A DNA stretch of 47,546 nt, the filler included, from Catajapyx aquilonaris (Eukaryota): NCBI GenBank assembly GCA_000934665.2. It is 2 parts of 2 records of this genome, joined end to end, with 100 filler letters (N's around TTAATTAATTAA, not from the genome) between each part and the next. Parts side by side here need not be neighbours in the genome. Positions count along the whole stretch, not along the records: positions 23,672 to 47,546 come from JYFJ02005660.1; 1 more part is not named here. One strand, 5' to 3'. A program made the position numbers and the translations under genes. The notes under the pieces are model-generated. The model did not search any database, was not told the origin of the DNA, and saw only the letters and a list, made by a program, of their open reading frames with translations. Shown here piece after piece: positions 46,611 through 47,546 of this stretch. Positions within the stretch are counted from its first letter, which is position 1. Every line of letters starts with the position of its first letter.

Positions 46611-47546
46611 ATGGAACTGTGCTTTATTATTCTTTTCGGGTCTTTGGGGGATTCTATTCGGGACAGATTTTGAGGTGATTATAGGATGGAATAACCCTTT
46701 GTCTTGGTGATGCTGTATGGCTTTTTGTTACTGCAACAGTACTGTCCACTGCTGTGGCCCTGCCAGGCATGGTACGTCGCCTGTGTATGAAATTTGTAAT
46801 TTTTGAGGTACGACAGTGGAGCTGGGCGCTTATTGTGGGCTTGTATATGCCTACAATGCAGTCCTCATTATGCGCTGCAGGCCAATGAACAATATGACGT
46901 CATGATCCACCCGCCTACACCTGGCTCGCCCCTCCAATCATGTCCACAACTCACTCTGCAGACATACTACTGCACATGCTCAGAAAACACGGCTGGTGTG
47001 ACATCACGTCATTCTTAGGGTTAACAAACTGCATCAACCATCGTGGTGTTTAAATTTGCCACCACCTTCATTAAGTCTTGCACTTGTCTGATCGGTTCGC
47101 GTGGCAGGGGTAAGAAGACGCCCTTTGTTGTGCTATCCCGGCAACCAATTGTTTGCGACCCATAGCCAACATGTTTGGAGCCCACCCCGCCGCGTCGCTA
47201 GGTACGGATAAACGATATGACTTTCCCTTTCATTTGATGTTACCCACATTGTCCTGTGACGTGTATTACACATTCTATGTACAGTATACGACATATAGTT
47301 TCATACACCCCGCAAACGAGCTTTATCCTGGCTATCCTAAGCAACCCACACGGCATGATAACAGAACCGAGTCAGCGGCAACAGGGCTTGGGGGGTTGGG
47401 CTGGCTACGGAACCAGGTGGGGGGGTCGCTGGGCTGACCTTGCGTACCGCGTAAGCGATAAACCCTTTTTTTTGACATTTTTTGACTTGCCCATGCCGGA
47501 GGAAAAATAACCATCGTCGCCTTTCACTAAATGCGCGCATACGAAC

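Overview
Eukaryotic, most likely insect or other arthropod, genomic DNA of about 47.5 kb that is mostly transposon-derived. An artificial 100-nt gap (N44-TTAATTAATTAA-N44 at 23572-23671) splits it, so the two halves may not be adjacent in vivo. Left half: decayed Gypsy, Tc1/mariner and non-LTR remnants; a 1.67-kb branched foldback DNA element (13161-14834); an intact 4-exon gustatory receptor gene (minus strand, about 421 aa, TYIIVLAQF motif); and a non-autonomous LTR element (18732-22725) with a tRNA-Leu PBS and a catalytically altered aspartic-protease-like ORF. Right half: a 4-exon RBM18-like RRM gene (plus strand, about 232 aa) with a triple-DRE/YY1 housekeeping promoter. Its intron 2 ends in a non-canonical TG, and its introns hold nested MITEs and SINEs. 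Convergent to it is a disrupted coiled-coil gene (minus strand), followed by further SINE, LINE, mariner and Merlin remnants. All calls come from manual reading and translation; no database searches were run.
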